Assembly (NCBI GenBank): GCA_038496445.1
Contig: JALMLS010000064.1
Location: forward strand, 186,001-250,000
Length of the DNA stretch: 64,000 bases
Source: Trichosphaerium sp. ATCC 40318
Taxonomy: Eukaryota; Protista; Tubulinea
Reading direction: 5' to 3'
Both the position numbers and the translations under genes were made by a program. Of this stretch, positions 1 through 15,200 are shown piece by piece (positions within the stretch are counted from its first letter, which is position 1; each line of letters starts with the position of its first letter). The notes beneath the pieces were generated by a model. That model was not told where the DNA came from, searched no databases, and saw only the letters and a list, made by a program, of their open reading frames with translations.

Positions 1-837
1 AAAGGGAAATTTTGGAAATGAAAGTTGACTTGATAGTTGGTTCGTCCGAAGAGTATTCGCAGTAACATGTCTACTGTGGTACGTACAACATTTCTCTCTT
101 TCTCTCCTTTTTAGCATGCTCAAGTTCAGCTCTTTCAGATAGATAATCACCAACACCCATTGATAGACCATCAGCAATGAGATTGGCAAACCTGTATTTA
201 AAAAACAAATTCGTTATGAAACGTCATTTTGAAAATTCTTTCAAAAAAAGCAAGCGGGCAAATACGAAAACCAAAGAAATATTGAGCAGTTCAGTCAAAG
301 CAATACAAAAACTGACAGTCGGTTGCTTCTTACCCGAAAATGAGTACAAGATTAATATTCAGTCCTGCTCCTGCTACACTTGCTACTACCTTTACGGGAG
401 AAGTCAGGGAATTGGTGGGGGAGAATGTTACAACAAACGTACTGCAAATGTTGTAATAATGCCGTCTAGTCCACCAAATACGATAGATTTGATATAGTCG
501 GCTATGGCACCACATACACCAGTTCTGCGCGCTCGTTTAAGCATGTATTTTGGTTTTTACGCGCGTACTGGTGTTTTTCGAATAGGAATGGTTTTGAGGA
601 ATCTTCTGAGTCTGCGTCTTCACCTGGGTCAGAATATGAGTCTGATGACTCTCCTCGTTCAATTTTTTCCATTTCCTCCTCGTCAGAACCTGAGGGGTCT
701 TTTACTGTCTTTACCTCCTCCTTTTTCTTGTGTTTTTTGCGTTTCTTTGGCTTCTCTTCAACAGTAATTTGTTCCTCATCAGAAGACTCCTCTTCTGGTT
801 CACGGATAGCGTCCTGTTCATCACTAGTGGTTGACAT
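1..837 (-). CDS. VIT1/CCC1-family vacuolar iron/manganese transporter with acidic N-terminal extension (3' end runs off window)
   Basis: Manual splicing gives ...IADYIKSIVFGGLDGIITTFA|VVASVAGAGLNINLVLIFG|FANLIADGLSMGVGDYLSERAELEHAKKERKRE, matching the family motifs GxxDGxxT and ANLxADxxSMGxGDYLS. ATG at 837. Confidence 0.9.
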
Positions 838-944
838 ATTGTCGTTTATTAGTTGCACCGAAATGTGAAACTCGCTTATTGGAGCAGGATGTTAAGGCAA
901 AGCGGACAAATACCACACTAATTTAGAAAATCGAACAACTTTGG

Positions 945-3012
945 TTATGAAGCTTTCTTTGTTGAGGACATTTTATGTACAATTACGACAGAGGCAATAA
1001 GTAATCCAACAACATCTTCATGTGCCATAACGCGGACGCCTTTTGTAGGTGTTAACAAAAAAATGAGAAGAAAATCAAAAAAAAATGTTGTCGCACTCAG
1101 TTCTTTTTCAGAATCACGTGTCATCGTGGCTATCACCCTCGGACCTCTATCTACACGTCTTGATAGATAAATCAGTTTAAAAAGCATTCAAGCAAGCAAA
1201 GGATTGGGCGTACCGGACAAATTGAAATCTTGGTTTGTGATGTTTTGTTGAGCCTATTACTTCTATTGAACTACCAGGGCACTCAATTACAAATGATTTT
1301 TCTGTATTCGTCTGTTTAAGTACGCCATATAAGCGTTTAATAGATCCGCTAACAGAAAAAACAGTTAAATATAAACACCAAGACAGGCACCAAAAAGCAA
1401 GTGAACATTGTTCACATATTTTTTCCACTTTCATCGTACCTCCTTAACATAATAGTGTGCTCATTGAACTAGTTATTATCGTCAATTTTACGCACTAATA
1501 TGTAGTTTTGGTGTCATACCTTAAATTTAACAGAGCCAATAACTGTGTTACCCTTTAGGACATCGAGTGCTTTGATTTGTTGTTTCGATATTTGGAACTT
1601 GAAAAGCTTGTTCTTTTGATTATCGGACACACTCGCGTTACCTTTTGTTGGTAAGTGGTAAACGTAAGCAGGTTATGGATGTACCTTTTGAAAGGCCTAC
1701 GCCAAAAGACATATCAGAAGAATAAACAATGCCACCCTGTTGTATCACGTGTTAATACAAAAGAAAAAAAGCAATACGTACGTTGTCCATTGATTTCCTT
1801 GACACTACCTCTTGTACAACAAGTTCGCCCTTTCTAATCACTCAGTAGATGTACAATAATAGGTATAACGTACACAGCGGATTTTTTTTGGTGAATAGAC
1901 TTTGGTGACGGGTGTCTACGCTTTGGAGACTGAGTCCTTCTTTTCGGCTCTTTTAAATTAGTTCGTTAATATTTCTTACAATTAATGTATGTACCTTCAA
2001 TGTCCTTTGTAAGCATGATCATAAGGTCAGCATCTTCTAGCTCGACAATGTCATTTAACCGCCTGTTATCCTTTACAATCTTTAAAAATTGAGAACCACT
2101 GAAACTCTTGAACTTTTTGACGTAATCTCCAAAACCGTGCTGCACAAGCCATAGTTGAACATCAATAGGAGTTGATTCATATGTCAAAGAGACACGATCT
2201 CTTTCTATGGAAACACGAATAGCTTTCAGCTCATCACGTGGCTACAACAAAAAATCAGTATGCTCAAGATAAAAGTGGGTCTTTTAAAACACTTACAGTA
2301 CCAGGACTGTTTTGTGGACTAAGCGTTGAAGTTTCCTTCTCCTTTGTCTTTTTTTTTTTCGCTTTTTTTTTCATTTCTTTTCTCTGTTTTTTTGGCTTTT
2401 CACGTCTTGCCTCTGGCTCGTTGACGGTTAAACCACTATAGATAAAATCTTCAGAAGACTCCTAATCAAGTTGTTATTGAAATTAAGAGTGATATCACTG
2501 CTGACAGATTGTTTTAGTGTACATTTTCATCATTTATAATATCTCTCAACGCAAGAAGTGTAGCAGCAAGCTTTAAAACACAATGTTAGAAAAAGTTGAA
2601 CATTATTGGCATCAATCCTCACCTTGCTCGAATTTTTACCCTTAAATAGCTTCTCTGGTACTGGGAGGTACTTGGTAGGCACACCAGCTTTACTACAAAA
2701 ATCGACGAACTGCGTAACGTTATCAATACTCTAAATCACGTGGTGTTAGCCTATTTTTAACAAAAAGTGGTTGTTCATGTTATCACGCACTCCGTTTTTT
2801 GTATACGACTCTATTGACTTTGGACGCACGGCATTTACTAATTCGCATAAAACTACACCTCCACGTAGTTCCTTGCTCAGTGTAGCATTGCCTGGAAACC
2901 GGAAAATATGTTCAGGAACGCACTTGGCTAACCATTGCCTTGCATTGGTAGCTTGTTGATGAGCTATTGCTTCACGCTCATTTAACGCTTCTGGCGTTTG
3001 CGGTTTGTCCAT
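945..3012 (-). CDS. Multi-exon protein: calponin-homology (CH) domain + Lys/Glu-rich linker + SAM domain + possible Tubby-C/scramblase-like C-terminus
   Basis: CH: ARQWL...LSKELRGGVVLCELVNAVRPKSI...NVTQFVDFCSKAGV. SAM: DVQLWLVQHGFGDYVKKFKSFSGSQFL. C-terminal beta-rich region ending VMAHEDVVGLLIASVVIVHKM. Joining all exons into one gene is inferred. Confidence 0.65.
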
Positions 3013-3173
3013 TTAACGCCAACGATGAAATGTAAAAAGTCCACAAACGAGACTTAAAACGCTTAACTAAAATCAATGAACGACCCGATGTTTACTGTAA
3101 CATTTAAGACTGAGGCGTGATAAAAAAACGTGAAAATCTCGTTTATTTCTGAGTTAGATTAAAGATAACTTCG

Positions 3174-3794
3174 TTAGGATTCTCAGTCTCTGAGAGCGTG
3201 GCGTAACGCGGTCCAGTGCATGTGTGAGGAGGTCCTTTATCTAGTTCCTTTAGGACCCCAAGTGCTGTGCTCGTGTATACTGCCGTAAGCCTTTGCGACG
3301 TTAGTTATAAGCTTTGGCAGACTGTGCAAAGAAAAATGTTTCAACGAGTAGCGTACATGTTTCTCAAGGTGTTCACATACGCTTGGTTTTGAGGTGTACG
3401 CATGTTTGGCGGGCTACTAGATCCAATGACGGGAGGTTTTGAAAATAAAGCCTGAGCTACGTTAAACATCTTGTGTATGAGGCACAGCGGTGATTCGTTG
3501 GGTAGGTGAGCGTGTATTTGATCAAAAACACCTGTTACCTTTTTTACAAAATTAATATTAGGCGTCCTAACGCTTTAAAACGCAACGTACGTATGTGTCA
3601 TTCTTCAAAATGAGGTTTTTCCAAATACTATTTAGATACGAGGCAAGTTGAGCAATACGTATGTTGTCTCGTGAGTGATCATCGTAGCGAATGTTAAGCT
3701 GGCGAAACAGCGCCATTTGGGTGCCACAAACTGCTTGGGCAACAAAGCTTGCTAGAACTTCTCGAGCCTTTTGTTTTGCTTCCTCTGATGCCAT
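3174..3794 (-). CDS. Hypothetical protein (spliced; 3' end uncertain)
   Basis: ATG-initiated exon MASEEAKQKAREVLASF... ends at a GTACGT donor, followed by further coding-like exon sequence. No recognisable domain. Confidence 0.45.
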
Positions 3795-4033
3795 GATGTG
3801 TATGCACGCGTAAAATATAGAACTGATGTTAAGCCAAAAGTGTGCGAGTTTCTGAGAATCGCGAATGTTATTCGAATAAGTCCAGTGTTTGCACTGTTTG
3901 ACACGTTAAAACAATAGCGGCTTTACAATTTAATTCTGTGGGGACAATATTAGATCAGTTTACGTATTGGTACGGTAGTTAGGTCGATTTTACATTTTAA
4001 TGAGTCTTTGAGAGGGTTAAAACAGATTTATTG

Positions 4034-5882
4034 TCACTCGCCAGTATAAGCATTGTGAAAGACTCTACTGGATGATTTTCTTTTCCTTTTATTTTCTGGT
4101 TGCTGTTCCCATTTCGCTTCTGCTTCTTTTTGTTTTCGTTCTATTTTGGCGCGATTTCTTTCTTCACGCATTTTTTGTGCTCTTTCTTCCTTTAGTTCTC
4201 TTTGTTTGGCTGCAACAATAACTTCGAGTACAGGTATGACTGAACTGATAGTATCATGCCACAAAGCGACTTCAGTGGGCGTCAAAGCCACCTTCTCGTC
4301 TGCTTTTTTAATATGAGGAATTGTCACTGAAGGTGAAGCTATCTTGATATTCGGTAATGTATACTTGAACAGATATTCGAAGCACTTGCGTGACTTTAGC
4401 TTTGTAGTACGCTATGATAACGTTAAAGAGTGAATGACTTCTACTAGCACATGGTACAGTACCTTTTTCATAATTTGCAAGTACAATAACAGATTATTAA
4501 CATTAGTCACGTGTCGTAGTAGAGGTATGAACAACCAGTCGCCTGGAACTATACGCCTCGCTCGAATCTCATCATAAAGTTGTCTCATGTGATTATGTGC
4601 ACCTGCTTTCCCGTATCCATTAAGTAAACTCCCAAACAGAGTATTATCAGGTATAACTTCATGTCTACGCAATGCTTCTCTAACATCATCGTAGCCTCTT
4701 ATGCATTCAACTCCAACTTGACCAATTAATTCAACCACTACGAAATAATGCCAACTCTTTAATGTGACGTTAAGCCTACCAGCACGAAGCAACACTGTGA
4801 ATGCGCCAGGCACGTCTAGAGTAAAGCGTTTAGGATTATGAATAAATAACTGACTGACCTTTATAGCGTTCACAGCACTGTAGCATTTCTGTAAACACAC
4901 GGAGTGTAGGTGTAATTTTTAAGCTTATGAAAGAGTCAAACGCACTCATCATTGCCTTACACGAGATCTTCCCAGCTAGCGCTACGTACGTAGCAAACAA
5001 GGCCTTTAATTTAGGATCATCTACGCTAATATCTTGCTTTCCAATACGTTGTACCAATACAGATTTTACTGATTTTGCCAGAGCAATTAGCTTGTATTTT
5101 TCGGCAAGAGTCATGAATGTAAACAAATGCTCTAGTGTAAGAGACTTTTGTGGTAGTTGAGAGAATAGATTAGCTACCTTTTGAGCGTCACGAGCATCAC
5201 TTAATGATGCGAGTATCATGTCTACACAGAAGGTAGGTATTTCTTTACCGCTTGAAGTCATTATGTTCAAAATTGTAAAGCCATCATCGAGGGATTTGTT
5301 TGTTTTGAAGGAATTGTGTAGCTTAATTGTATCAGTAGTACTATCATCGATGAGATTGAGAATCCTTTCAGAGGATCCCAGGGCTTTAGGATGATCTGAT
5401 AAAGCGTAGTAAGTGTAATCAGAAAAAGGGATTTGTAGTTCTTGTTTCTTTTCTTCAAAATAAGACAACACTGCTTCTATGTTTTCAGAGGATTTTATGA
5501 GCGTTTTTTGCATGGCTGCTATCTCTTGAGGCGTATAGGAGTCGTCTGTTTGAATTAGACGCTCGAATTCTTTAGTAGCGAATGTAAAATCATTTATCAG
5601 GTGCATGTGTTCTATGTACGCGTTGTATTGCTCATTGGTTGATGGTAGTGATTGTTTGGACGTATATTTTTGTAATGCCACTTTTGCTCCACTAGGCGTT
5701 AGTACACGCCACCATCGGTTGCCCGTACTCGTTTTTTGGTGTCTTTCTTGCGTAATTTGCTACTTTTTGTCTCACCGCCTTCCTTTTGGTTATTATCGAC
5801 TGAGAATAAACTAACGTACCACTGGGCGCCTATTAGCTGCCAGCCGTTGCAATAAGTGCAACCTGCTGCCTGTACTCAACAT
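4034..5882 (-). CDS. Pentatricopeptide-repeat (PPR)-like protein, probably mitochondrial
   Basis: Arg/Leu-rich presequence MLSTGSRLHLLQRLAANRRP; PPR-like motif VIPDNTLFGSLLNGYGKAGAHNHMRQLYDEIRARRIVP; ORFs 4836-5681 and 4412-4900 are joined by a 46-nt GT-AG intron. Confidence 0.75.
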
Positions 5883-6254
5883 GTAGAGTTCGTATTGTAA
5901 AAGACTGGTTACAACAAAGTCAATGGTGAGGTTATTGACTGACAGGCTGTAACTAAAACCAAAACAAACCAAAATGGTACCAATACGTACTGTACGTTGC
6001 ATTGAGACGTGAACCAAACGTCAACTGCCGCAGGACTTAACTCAAAGTGCCAAACTTTGCATTTTGCATTTGGCACTCTACAAAAGTACCGCTAGAGGCA
6101 AAAACAAGAGGGTTTTCGCGTACGTTAAGAAGATAACTGCTTTTTTAAAAAAGAAGTAGCGCTGAATCATAAAATACAGGCCGACGTTACAAGTTGCGTT
6201 TAATTTGCACATTCGTACAAACAGGTCACATTGAAAGCATGAGATACTAAAAAG

Positions 6255-9200
6255 ATGGGTAACTCGCTCAACAACAAAAAGTCGTTCGATCTATCCCCAA
6301 AAACACTTAAGAAAACGAATTTCGAGGTCAGTACGCAGGTTTTGGGTAGTTGGTTAATTGTAGCGCATAGGATAAAGTATGGCTCAGCTACACCAATCAC
6401 CACCTCTTCAACGACAATTTTATGCTCTCTACTGATAAATACTGGTTTATGCATACTGGTGCCGATGACTCTTTGGTAGAAGTGCGTAGAGGTGAATCAC
6501 AGACACTGTTGGCGCAGGTACGTGTTATTACGAGCGCTTTTTAACAATGAAAACAAAAATGCCAAAATTATTAGGATGTGTTAAAACGGGCAGAGCTGCT
6601 AGTTGGTATTGTACCTAACCAAGCGTCAAAACATACACCTGCAAGTCTATCAAAAGTACGACATTTATTACGCTTGCCAAAAAGAGGTTATTTACGCGGT
6701 TACAAGGTAGTATCATTGCTTATACATCGAATGATATCAAGGAGATGGCATGATTCTACATTACAAAGACGGTTACGCGTTCTAGAGGTAACTCACGCCA
6801 GCGAAATTGTTAACTTTGATTTCATTGAAAATATTAAAACCAGTACAATTCTTTTCATTAATTTGTTATTTAGCGGTTTCACCTTGCAATAAATAGAGAG
6901 CGCGCTAGGAGTAAACTATTAGCTTTAGAGCCTAGAAACGCTTTGGAAATTGATACCACAGTGACGAAAGAGTCTGGTATTCCAGCGGTAGTACGAATGT
7001 CGGTTATGTTATTCATAATGATGGTAAGCGCAAAATTTATTTTGTAACGTAGCAGACAGTTTTTACATATTCGGTTAGATAAAGCAGCAAACAAGTGCTA
7101 GTTCAGAAATGAAAGCAATGGCACTTACAACGTTGATGGGCGTATTAAAGCAATTGCCTATCCTTGCTTTGTCTTCAATTAATGAACCAGTGGAATGTGT
7201 TGACGTATGTCTTTGATTGCCTAGGATTTTGACATTTACAAATTGCTAGGCATTCAAAGAATGGCTCGTGTCAATGCTTTCTGAAGATGATGCCCCACAT
7301 GATATTAAACGAGCTTCTCTAGAGGCTTTGTTTGCTTTGGCGATTGTTAAAGGATCTCTATCAGATATTCTTAAAGCTATAGCAACAGTGCTATTCAGCA
7401 CAGAATGGGATGACTCATTTCTACTACTCGAACCATTTTTGGAAAAATTAAATGCCTGGAAAATTGACCTTCCGCTAAGTCCTGTCACCCACGATAATCT
7501 AGTATCTACTGCATCTATAAGTCCATCAGACATATACAACGAATCAGACGATGTAGAAAGATCCTTTCTGGAATCTTATCCTGAACATGCAAGCATAGCA
7601 TGTGATGGTAGTAATCTGTACATCCATGATTCTTCAGGTCTATTAAAGGTTTGTTGGTTTTGATGTAAATTTATACTAACTGTATTTTTTTTTTGAAAGG
7701 TGGGGATTGGCAAAGGAGATACTGTACAAGGCAAGGTTTACAAGAGGTTGGCAAATTGGTATCCAGATGACAATGGCTCCTTGATGTTCATTAATGGGAA
7801 GCTATATTACCGCGGTGGTGCTATATATCCAGCATCCTTTAGTGTGTTAAAGTCTACAGTCCTTGAGGTAAGGATCAACAGTAATGTGGCTTGTTAGTAT
7901 TGTAAGTTTACATGAAAATAATAGGAAGAAATGCGAGTCAGCGCTGAACAGGTACCAGTGCCAAAAGACGCTCTTGAGAGTTATGCATCGTCGGATGAAC
8001 CACCATGGGTGGCGCCTGCGTGTACAGATGGAAGATTTATCTATCTCATATGGTACGTAGTGAGAAACCGCCTGAGATTTGTTGACACTCGCCTGTAGTA
8101 GTAGATTGTCACCCATGCAAGCTCGATTCGGTAACTTTTATGTATATGTTCTCGATCCCCTTTGTACTACTACTCCATACAAAATGACCCTTAAACGTCA
8201 AGTGCGGTTGCATTACACTGAGCCAGGACAGCTTAATGTATCAGCAACTGCTGTACTGAATAAGGATTGTTTAACAAAGGGTATGATTAACTTGACTCGA
8301 TGACACTCATATTTGGATTAGGATCTTTCTATACCAATGGTCACTATCTAATGGTGATGGTTCCACCACCTTTTGCTTCTGGTATGTCACTTTGTAAGTA
8401 CAATAAGTTGTACTAATGATTTAAAAAGAATATGGATATCGCGTTGATACTTTTCTTTGTCGTGCCTTTAAATTGCGTGATGGAAGCTTTGCTGGCAATT
8501 TCTCATTTGACGTGGCACCAATAGGTATTCCTTAATACTTCTATACTGTACAAACATATGTACATAGGTCGTACTATGAGCTATGATTACACAAACAATG
8601 TCATTTGGAGTTATTCAGGCACAGAGATGGAAATTGGGCGTTATCACAATAAGGGCTCAGCACCAACACACAGATTCACTACTGCTCCAAAAAATGAGAT
8701 TATACAAGTTCACTCTCAAGGGATGAAGCCTAAAATTGTTGTGAAACTACTAGTGGAGACAATATCTAGTTTTTCGATGAGCACTATGCCTAATATGTCC
8801 CCTAGCGTATCAGGAAACTTGGAGGTATATATTCTTTTTACTAATTTCGCTTTGAGATACTAAACTGTCTTAGAACAAATCGTCACCATCATATGCCCGT
8901 GTACATGAGCCTTTTTGCCTCGAAATAACGCCTCAAACATTTCAATTATTGTATCAGATTATAGAACATTGCAGTCATAATATCAAAGATGATCACAGCA
9001 CGAATATCCTACTTCACGTCTTGCGTATACTCAAAGTCAATATTAGAGGGTTAGACTTTTTATTCTTGTGATTCTTATTTGACTTATTTATGTATCTTAG
9101 GCTTGTACAAAAGAGTGAAGAGTCAAGAACAGGACCAAGCGATGAGCTTCTTGATAAATTGAAGGGCTTACTGCTTCACTTTGTGAGTGCACTTGACACA

Positions 9201-12200
9201 AGCAATTCAACTCTTTTGGCAATTCAATCAGAAGCATGTGATGCGCTGATGATGGGAATAGATGCATTTTATCCGTCTCCTAGAGAGCAAGCTTGGTTTG
9301 TAATGAGGTATGCAGTTAGATCAAAAAGTATTTACAACTAATGATGTCTTTAGGCAGTTAGCTCATTCTCCTTCGCGAAATAGCCATGGATCTCATGTAT
9401 TACTGGATTCTTTGTTTGTTATGTTGGCATCGCACAAGAATCCATCGTATCTTGTACTACCACCATCAGCAAAAGAAACTGGGCCTGTTCGCGACTTGAC
9501 TTACAGTACTTTAATTCAAACAAATTATTAATGAACTCACGTGTTTGATAGGCGAGGACTACGATCCTTTACAGCTGTTTAAGAACTTTATTGGAAGCTT
9601 GTTAGAACACTACCAAACAGGCTACCTAAGCCCTTCTGGGTTTTCTCCTATCTTGTCTTTACTTCACAGCATTCAAAAAGATTTGTTCCTGCGTGCAGAA
9701 ACAGATAGCTCGTCCACTGCTATGCCTATTCAAGGGTTAGTAATTTATTCGAGCTTTATTATGCAACGTACAACAGGTTTATTTCAACGTACTATTGATC
9801 GTATTGGCTCAACAGATCAGATGATAATTAGACAGGTACACCTTTTTAAGAACACACTTTTTACTAACTGTTCTAAAAGGAATTGTTTAATATGCTGGAG
9901 ATTGTTCGCAGTTCTGTACTTGGGTCTCTACTGCCTGCGCTTATATACTCTCTGTTCTTGTTTTATGATAATGAATATGTAGCCAGACGCTTGATGCCTG
10001 ATCTTCTTGATTTGTGCAACGCCGTTGACAGGTTGGTGGCTCACTACTGTTTTCGTTTCTTACCTTTTTTTTACTTAGAATAAACACATACTTGCCTCCT
10101 TCTATGACGAAGCCGCTGCAATCTCTCAAACCTTTAAGTGACCTAACAGAAGGACCCGCACAGGTTTCGTGCTCAGAACACCCTTGTCAACCAGGAACCG
10201 ATACAAAACAAGTTGTCAAAGTTGAAGGTGCTTTGTTCCTTACTGTAATCTTCGATGAAAAGTACATACTTGTCATACATCTATTTTCTGACTTATTCTA
10301 CAGGTGTTGTACTAGTGATGCTGCCTATCTACAAGTATACCAAGATTTAGCGTGCAAGACACCAATAGGTGAAAAGTACTATGGCCCTCCAGAGAAATGG
10401 CCAAAAAGACGTATTCTAGTTCCGGGCGATTGCGTTGTTTTCCATTTTCACGTTATGCAATCAGGTAGAACAACATTCTTAGTAAAAATGTTTGTTAATT
10501 GTTTACTAGCTCCTGCACATGATTGGGGTTATAGATGTGTTGTTATGGGTAATATGCCCAGCAGCAAAAAGACGTCACTTCCTTGGACTCTTCATCTACA
10601 ACAACTCCTCAGTACCCTTTGTGGTAAACTGTGTGCTGCCCTAATACGTGGTCACATAAATCCTAGCCAAGATGAGCATGATAATTTCTTATTGTCATCA
10701 CCTTTATTGAGTGGTGGAGTTGATGAAGAGTATACTCAAGAAATACTGTCTATCAGCTCGGAGTACGAACGCGGATTTCCTAAGATGGAGCCTTTCCTAA
10801 GACCTGATCAACAACGACTTCGTCAGTTTTGCATGCAAGTGTTGACTGGAAAAGGAGATGGAATGCAGTTCTACGAGGAGATGAAAAACACTTTTAATAC
10901 AGTCCGTCTAAGAAACCCATCGGGTATTCAAGTTATGATTGAGGAGACTATACGTTCAGTATTTGCCGCCTTGTTGTGGCATACAGGACTAACTCCTGAC
11001 GCCTTAAGATGGACAACAGATATACTTGAAGTTGATAAATCTATTCTCCGTACAGCTGTGGTGGACGAGAAAGAGGAAAACGCCAATACTATGAAAGACG
11101 AAGAAAATAGCTCTGATTCTTCTATCGAAAAATCAGAAGAATCGGAAGATGAGTCCCTAAGGAGTTACGGAACAGAGTCTGCTATTGGTGAATCAATATC
11201 AGAGCCAAAATATATAGCAAATGAAGATGATATTACAGAAGAGCAATCGTCAGAGCAAGATATTGTACCTTCAGAAGAACTTAGGTCTATTTGCAAACTA
11301 TACAACAGGATACAGCTTCAAATTATCCAAAAACATCAAGAAATGGCGAACAATAGCGCCCTTGTTGAAGAGATTAGTAGAGCTTCTGGATTGTTGAACG
11401 TGGGTCACAGAGAAACGACTTACCTTGATATTAAAACAAGAGTTATACAAAAAGCTAGAATGTTGATGGCACTATTACCCTCTTGTGAAGAGCGTGATGA
11501 TCCTATACTCTTGATATTCCAACAAATTATCGATTTTGTATTATCTCCTATTGACCTTGAACATGTCAAAGAAGCCTTAAGGCGTAGACGATTACGTGCT
11601 TTCCACAGGAAGATTGGATTAAATAGTACGTGCTAACGATAATTTTGTATATTCTTACCTTTTGTAAGGTATAAGCAAATTGTTGTCTTGTGCTTCCTTT
11701 GCAAGTATTAAATACCAAGGTACTGTGAAATCGTTTATTACTATGCATGCTTATAGATGTAGGCCTTATATTAATTGGTGAGTCTCTTCGAAGTACTGGA
11801 AAATGGCCTTACCATTACTTGGATAATATCAAAGGTTGTAGCCCTTCTCTTCAGTATCAAGTGAGGTTAGCGTTCTACGAATTAGGCGAACAACTTGCTG
11901 CAATCTTACAGTCCCGTGAATATCATCCTTGCTTGCTATTACTGGCTCTTGATCCTTTGGGAATAAACTACAAACCATCAGACGAGCAGTTTTTGGATAA
12001 GATCAAGATCTTTGACTTGCTTCATAGGCTAATCCTTATGCCGTCCGAAATGCATCCCCGAGTTTCCATTTTAAAAGAAGATGTGACAAGCCTACACGAG
12101 GCTGCCAAGAAAATGTTTCAACTTATAGCTATTGTTGCGATTGGTGTCAACGCTGAGTCTCCTTCTAGGCTTCAACGTTCGTTTTTTAAGCTTATCTCAC

Positions 12201-15200
12201 TTCACTTGGTACGATTACTTCAGCAAAAAGGATAATTACTAACTAGTAGTGAACCTAGGCTTCTGTATGGAATTGTGACAAACAACCATATATGGGCGCA
12301 CAACAAGTTCTTCAATCAGAGTCTTTCGAATTTTTGTCTCTTGTATATAATCTAAGGTACCTCTTTTGAAGTGATGAAGGCACAAGGCTATTTCTTACAA
12401 GTATTAGTAAATACAACAGTGTTAAAGCGTGCCTTGCTGAGCCACATTCGCTGGCTACACTCATTAAAGTACTGAGTTGTGGTATACCCAAAGCTCAGCA
12501 TTTGGTTTTGCGTATAATGCGTAATGTCCTTCCTGCAATGAATAATCCAATGGTGCCATTGAAGCTTGCAGGATTGCATGATGAAACAACAACGGTAAGC
12601 GATATTATCCAAAAGCTTTGAGTATTGCTGACGTATATTTAAGATGTTGTACTGGCTATCTGAAGCGATCGGCACTATTTACAGCTGGGGTTGCTCTGAT
12701 GTTGAGCATCTAGCTCACAATAATAATATCATGTTACTCCTTACAGGCCTTGCATCTGCGCCACTGGTATGGTTGCTGTGAGTTATATGATACTAACTCT
12801 TGCCGTAGGCATGGGTTGAGACACGTATTAGACGCCCTCATGAGCTTCAAGACACCTCACATCCTTTTTATCCGTTTTATGATCCGACTGTCAAGATACC
12901 AACTGGTTGGCAAGCGCGATCTACTGATGTCCGCGTTTCCAACGAAGGGAGAACTCTACTAATACTACAATCCATGTACGTAATTTTTTTAGTTATTTTT
13001 CTTGCTAACACGTGAGTGCAGACGGAACCCAAGAAGGAAGTATATAATTAGGGGTAACGATGTTGTACCAGATTCTATACCATTCTTTTATTTTGAAGTT
13101 AAAATCGATGAGTTTAGCGCTGATAGGTTCGAAAAAACAACCAAAGGTTACAAAGTACTTAATGAACTTTTTTTAGGGAAATTAGAATCGGATTGTGCCC
13201 AACTGATGATAACTTTTATCGTGTTCATGGCAATGACTTTCCTGGTAGCACTCCAGGCAGTTATGGGTTGGGTCGCAGTGGCCGAAAGTATAAGCAGAGT
13301 CTACGAGATGGTGCTGCTTATGCCACTCCTTGGAACAAAGGCGATGTAATAGGTTGCTTTTGGGATAAGAGGAATGGTATTGTTTCCTTTACCCAATGCG
13401 GTCAGTACCTCGGCAAAGCGTTCAGAAATGTTTATGGTAGCTTCTACCCTATGATCGGCATAGCAGGCGCTGGTGTATCTGTAACAGTCAACTATGGTAC
13501 GCGAGAAAGATATTGGTGTTTGGGTTTGTGTTAAATGGTTTTCTTGCAGGACAAGTTCCGTTCAAGTGGAGTTTAGAGACTCCTATATTGAAGCTAAAGA
13601 AGGAAAAGAAGAAGGAAGAGTATGGATTAATGGGTTATAGAGCCTTTGGTCTAGCAGCAGAAATGGTGACATTGGTCCGCTCATTGCTTAGATCAGCGCA
13701 TTGGCAAGAAAAGATTGAACAAGTTGTGGTTTCTTGGATACAGACTTTTGTGCAAGCGTCCAATTCTAACAACAGACCAAATGGCTCTTTCTCTGGTGGA
13801 AGCGATAATATGCTTGGTAATGCTTTTACTGCTTTAGCCATTCTTGGTGGTGACACCGAAGAATACCGCCGAGGACAACGAGTGGAGATTCGTAAGCATT
13901 CAGCAACATATAAGGTATATTTTTATTTCTTTTGGTGTGAACCTGACGTGGTACAAAAAGGATACATTGTACAATACGAATTTGAGAGCGCTGTAGCTAC
14001 TGTCACAATTGACAACCACAAGCTGCCTTCTGTTCTCCCTATATCTTGGTAAGAAGTCTTTTCTTGTGGACATCCCATTTTCTTACAACGTTTAGTTTGA
14101 AGCCTATCCCAGAGATCACGGTGCCCCTCGGCACGTACCAGAGGCTAGGACCACAGTTGATACCATTGCTATTATCTATGATCAAGTTACCAAAGGTCAG
14201 CACGCTATATCGCTTTCAGTTAAAAGCTAGAGCTTTACGGGTGCTGACTTGTATGATGGACCAAAAAGATTGTGTTGCTCGGTTGATATGCAAAGAGCAT
14301 ATGAGTCTATTAATGACACAATCTCTTGCTTCCTTGTCAAGAGACCAAGAAGCTAATTTGGATCAACTTGAACGTATATCAATTCGATTACGCCAAGTGC
14401 TGTATGACCAGTGCTCACCAAAATTCCTTCGACAATTGGACGTCTATATTGGGTCCGATGATGACTTTGGTACTAGCTTTCTTTGTAGTAAATCCTAAAT
14501 GATTACTAACGGTTTTTTCCAAGACGCTGGCATGGTACGATCAGTACCAACCGACACGGAAGATGAAACAGATGACGATGCCGACTTCAGCGAACCTGAT
14601 ATTAAGGTAAGGTCGTCGCGTGAGATACTGCCTGAAGAAATTGCTCCTGTATCTCCTGGACGGGCTCAACGCATCAATGGTCTCGAAATGAAAGTAGGAA
14701 TGCATGTTTTAGTTATGGACAAAGAACCAAAATCTCCAGGTACCTTTCTAACGTCTAATGGACTGGTTGTTTTAACGTTATAAATTAGATTCAAACTGGG
14801 TTTCTAGCATGGATAAGACGATTGGTAGAATAGGCATCATCAGAGAATTAGATCTGCGTGTCAACAGTGTATTACTCAAGTTTTATGACAGAGATACACT
14901 TTCAAGTGAAGCATGGTGGTATACTCCTGGTACGGAATAAGGATTTTGTAGTTTGCTGCATTAACTAAATGGGTTTTTTTTAAGCTGTTCTTGTAAAGCC
15001 AGGATATGCCTTACCTGAGGTCTTTCATGTTCTTGGTACTCCTGAAGGATTAGTTACCTCAACAACAGTCACTCACGTGACTATGCGCAATGAAATTGAT
15101 AAGTCTATCATTTATGCACGCAAAGCAGTACTGAAGCTTATTTCAAATATACCTTCCAATTTACCGCCAACGAGAATATCTGTACAAAGCTTAGGTGGGT

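Noticed and set aside
177-497. Plus-strand 106-aa ORF (and similar short antisense ORFs across the window)
   Set aside because: Antisense to well-supported spliced genes (here VIT1) and without domain-like content.
4412-5681. Frameshift between the two PPR ORFs
   Set aside because: Explained by a normal 46-nt GT-AG intron.
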